NCBI GenBank assembly: GCA_013239625.1
Contig: MU053594.1
Coordinates: 2,360,127-2,424,126 of the forward strand
Reading direction: 5' to 3'
Length of the DNA stretch: 64,000 nucleotides
Origin: Lama guanicoe
Lineage: Eukaryota
Part shown: in pieces, positions 61,093 through 64,000 of the stretch
Layout of the letters: each line of letters opens with the position of its first letter
Position numbering within the stretch: position 1 is the stretch's first letter
Program-made: the position numbers and the translations under genes
Notes under the pieces: generated by a model
The model's input: only the letters and a program-made list of their open reading frames with translations
What the model was told of the DNA's origin: nothing
The model's database searches: none

Positions 61093-64000
61093 TAAAAAAA
61101 AACTCTTGATGTTGCCAAATGTTCCCTGAGGAATGAAATCACTCCTGGTTGAGAATTATATTTGGCCTATATTTTAAAGATATATTCTAAGGTCATGGAT
61201 TTGTCTTTTAATGCTTTTTATAATATACATATTTAAATCTATAAATTTGCCTTTAACACTACCTTAGCTGCATTCTACCGATTTTGAAACACTGTGCTTT
61301 CATTATCATTCAATTAGGAATATTTTAAAATTTCCCTTGTTGTTTCTTCTTTGGCCTGTGGGTATTTCAATGTGTTTTGTTTAATCTTGAAATACTTTGG
61401 CGTTTTCTAGATCTTGTACTACTACTGGTTTGCAATTTAACTCCATTATGAGAGAATATACTCTGTAAGATTGTAATCTTCTAAAATGTATTCCAACTTG
61501 CTTTGTAGAGAAATATTGGGTTTTTCTTGGGAAACATATCATGTTCTCTTGGGGAAAAAAGCAAATTCTGCAATTGTTGGATGTAGTGTTCCATAACTGT
61601 TAATTCAGTTCAGGTGGTTTAAAGTGTTGTTTAGGTCTTCTGTGCATTTACTGATTAGTTTTGTCTAGTCATCCTCAATGGCCAAAAGAGGGGTGGTAAA
61701 ATCTCTAACTAGAATTGTGAGTTTGTTTGTTTCTCCATTTAATCCTGTTGACTTTTGATTCCTGTGTTTTGAATCTCTGTTATTAGGCACGTACACATTT
61801 AAGGTTGTTATGCCTTCCTGACAAATAGGTCCTCTTATCATTATGAAACGTCCTTCTTTATCCCCAGTCATACTGTTTGTTTTGAAGTCTATTCTACTTG
61901 ATGTTAATATAGCCAGTTTAGCCTCCTTGTGCTTACTGTTTGCTCAGCGGTATTAGTGATCCTTTGTAGGTAGAAATAACACTATAATATTTTATATTTA
62001 TTTAGTGTATTATTTATGAAGAGATTTGTCTTCTATGCACTCCTTTGATCTTCACATCAATCTTACAGGAAAATGATGCTTTTTTTCCCCTTCATTTTAC
62101 AGAGATGAAACTGAGTCCATAGGAATTAAGTGACTTTCCCAAGGGCACTGTTGTTAGTAAGTACAAGAGCCTGGTTCCTGTCTTACTCCAGTGCCTGGCT
62201 CTTGGACACTATGATATGCTTTTCTTCATAGATTCAGTGGAATGAGAATTGGAGGAATCCAGTGTGGCAAGTCAAGTGACCAATGAGGGCAAAGATAGGA
62301 AGTACATGTGGAGAAGGTGGTTTATTTTCTGTCATCTAAATGGATGCTCACAGTTCCATTCCCTGGGTTCAAGGCTGAAATCTAAAGAAAAATTTTTTTG
62401 GTTATAAATGTGATGAGACATTGTCATCATACTCAAGATCTCTGAGTATCAGAGGAGGCGCTGGGCTTTGACCATCGAACATCACTGTCACAACACACAT
62501 TTGATAAGAATCAGCTGCTTATCTTCATTGTGTTGTACGCAGTACAGTTTGACCTGGAGGCAGAGGGCTGGATAAGATGCTCTCTGGTTGGCTGCCTGCC
62601 CTAAGATTCCAGGACTGCTTCTGATGGAAGCCACAAGAGAAGCTGATGTCTCAATCTGCCACTCACCTAGGGAGACTGACCTTCCCTGGAGGAGCACTTC
62701 CTTGCTCCTCACCTGGCAGTCTAAGCCCCAGGTGGCCAAGCTGTTGGTCCTTCTGGGGCTTGGCTGCTCCAGCTGTACCCAGGAGCTCAGCTATGCAAAT
62801 ACCAATTATGAGTTTGTATTTGTGCCGACCTCACCTTTTGCTTTCAAACCTCCAATACAGAAAGGAATCTGTCTAGGGAATTTGGACAATAATTTTTTTG
62901 GCTTGTTATTTACTTGTTTTTTGTTCAAGTGGTGAATTTTATAACTCATAGATATAAACTTTGATTTTAAAAAATATTCCTAGCTTTGTCACAGTTATTT
63001 TTCTAACAACAACAAAAAAAGCACTTTACCTTTGTTAGCTCGTCCACTTTACTTCAATCACTTGATATTCCTAAAATAAGCTGTCGCCCTTCCTGCCTCT
63101 GTATCCTAGACACGCCCTTTCTCTGCTATTGATTCACCTCCAATGCTTAGTTCAAATACTGTATTCTTGGAGAAACCCTCACCATCTAGTCATTCAGAGT
63201 AAATGACCCTGAGCTCCCAAGGCCCATTGAAGGACTCCTTCGACCTCCAGTGAGTCTCAAGGATCCCTGAGAGGAAATTCTTCCCCCTTCAGGAGGTAGG
63301 GAGGCAGGGATTGGGCTTCAAATCCACTGTAAGGACAAACCTGATGGATGAATTGTGTGCCTGTCATATCAGCCCTGAGCAGTCACCCTCTGCTCATCAG
63401 GCTGTCATGTCCTGGGAAACTCCTTTGCAATGGTCAACAGTGTCTGTTTTTGTTCCATAGCTGGATGGAAAGGGTTAAGCAGTTCAACAATTTCCCCATG
63501 GCTTGGTAATTTCTGGAGAATCCTGGCGCATGTAATTTGCATAATGCAGACTTATCTCCTGGATGATGCAGTGCCCTGCAATACCAATGCAAATGAACTG
63601 CAGCTGTATTAACCTCTGAGGCTCGGGGCGGGGGGCTGATTGGACCGCCCCCTGGGAGCCCTTGCAGGAGATCACCCTTCCCCGTCTGGTCCCAGGGATG
63701 CAAAGTACAGACAGAATTTCCTGGGAATTACGCTGAGGGTGATCCTCTCCTCATTTCATCCTGTAGTAACCTCAGCGGTCAGGGTGCGATGTCTGGGACT
63801 GTCTGAGAGCTTGACTGCGAGGTTACATAGATCTGGTCTCACATTCTGGTTCTATCACTTAGTAGTCACGTGACCAAGGGCAGATTGCTTGGTGCCCCCC
63901 CGCCCCAGTTTCCCCATCGATAAAACGGTTCCTCAAAGGATTGCTGTCGGTGGCGCGATATCATATACACACGAGCACCGTGCAGAGAGAAGCAAAGCAG

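Larger units (their letters stand above)
58983..61160 (-). mobile_element. MER20 hAT MITE split into three pieces (about 58983-59028, 60119-60238, 61100-61160)
   Basis: ctcaaccttggtactattga / gataattctttg...ggcctctacccaccagatgccagtagc / gttgccaaatgttccctg...ggttgagaa are consecutive parts of the MER20 consensus. Confidence 0.75.
56499..61950 (-). mobile_element. Large old L1 (3' UTR back to the ORF2 endonuclease domain), interrupted by younger elements
   Basis: Minus-strand ORFs are decayed L1 ORF2 pieces: 56825-57013 (..RNWKQPKCQS..) and 61665-61871 (DKEGRFIMIRG..TLNVYVPN, endonuclease domain). Confidence 0.8.

Noticed and set aside
49000..64000. Exons of the neighbouring OCA-family genes POU2AF2/POU2AF3
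   Set aside because: No second YQGVRVK-type motif or credible coding exon was seen; these genes presumably lie outside the window.
1..64000. CRISPR arrays, rRNA, operons or other prokaryotic systems
   Set aside because: The sequence is clearly mammalian, with no regularly spaced repeats or rRNA-like sequence.

Overview
Mammalian genomic DNA, very probably a camelid: it carries tRNA-Ala-derived vic-1-type SINEs and artiodactyl-type L1 3' ends, and I saw no Alu, Bov-tA/BovB, PRE-1 or Can-SINE. The window holds one complete protein-coding gene on the + strand, POU2AF1 (OCA-B/OBF-1/BOB.1, the B-cell co-activator of OCT1/OCT2). It has five coding exons (25480-25495, 42922-43052, 43561-43603, 43688-43953, 46399-46713) giving 256 aa, with all introns GT-AG, a TATA-like/CRE promoter and a long 3' UTR. 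The rest is intergenic or intronic sequence rich in L1, L2, MIR, SINEs, solo LTRs and hAT MITEs. I did not find a convincingly new gene system. The best leads are: (i) an in-frame CUG-initiated N-terminal extension with a KRK|GNILS myristoylation motif; (ii) octamer-containing candidate enhancers inside and around the gene (autoregulation), one paired with a perfect MEF2 site; (iii) a possible LTR-driven spliced upstream transcript; (iv) an in-frame, stop-free 84-nt intron; (v) an L1 insertion in the 3' UTR; and (vi) several well-resolved nested or serial retrotransposition events. Repeat family names come from recognition by eye and their boundaries are approximate unless a TSD is given.
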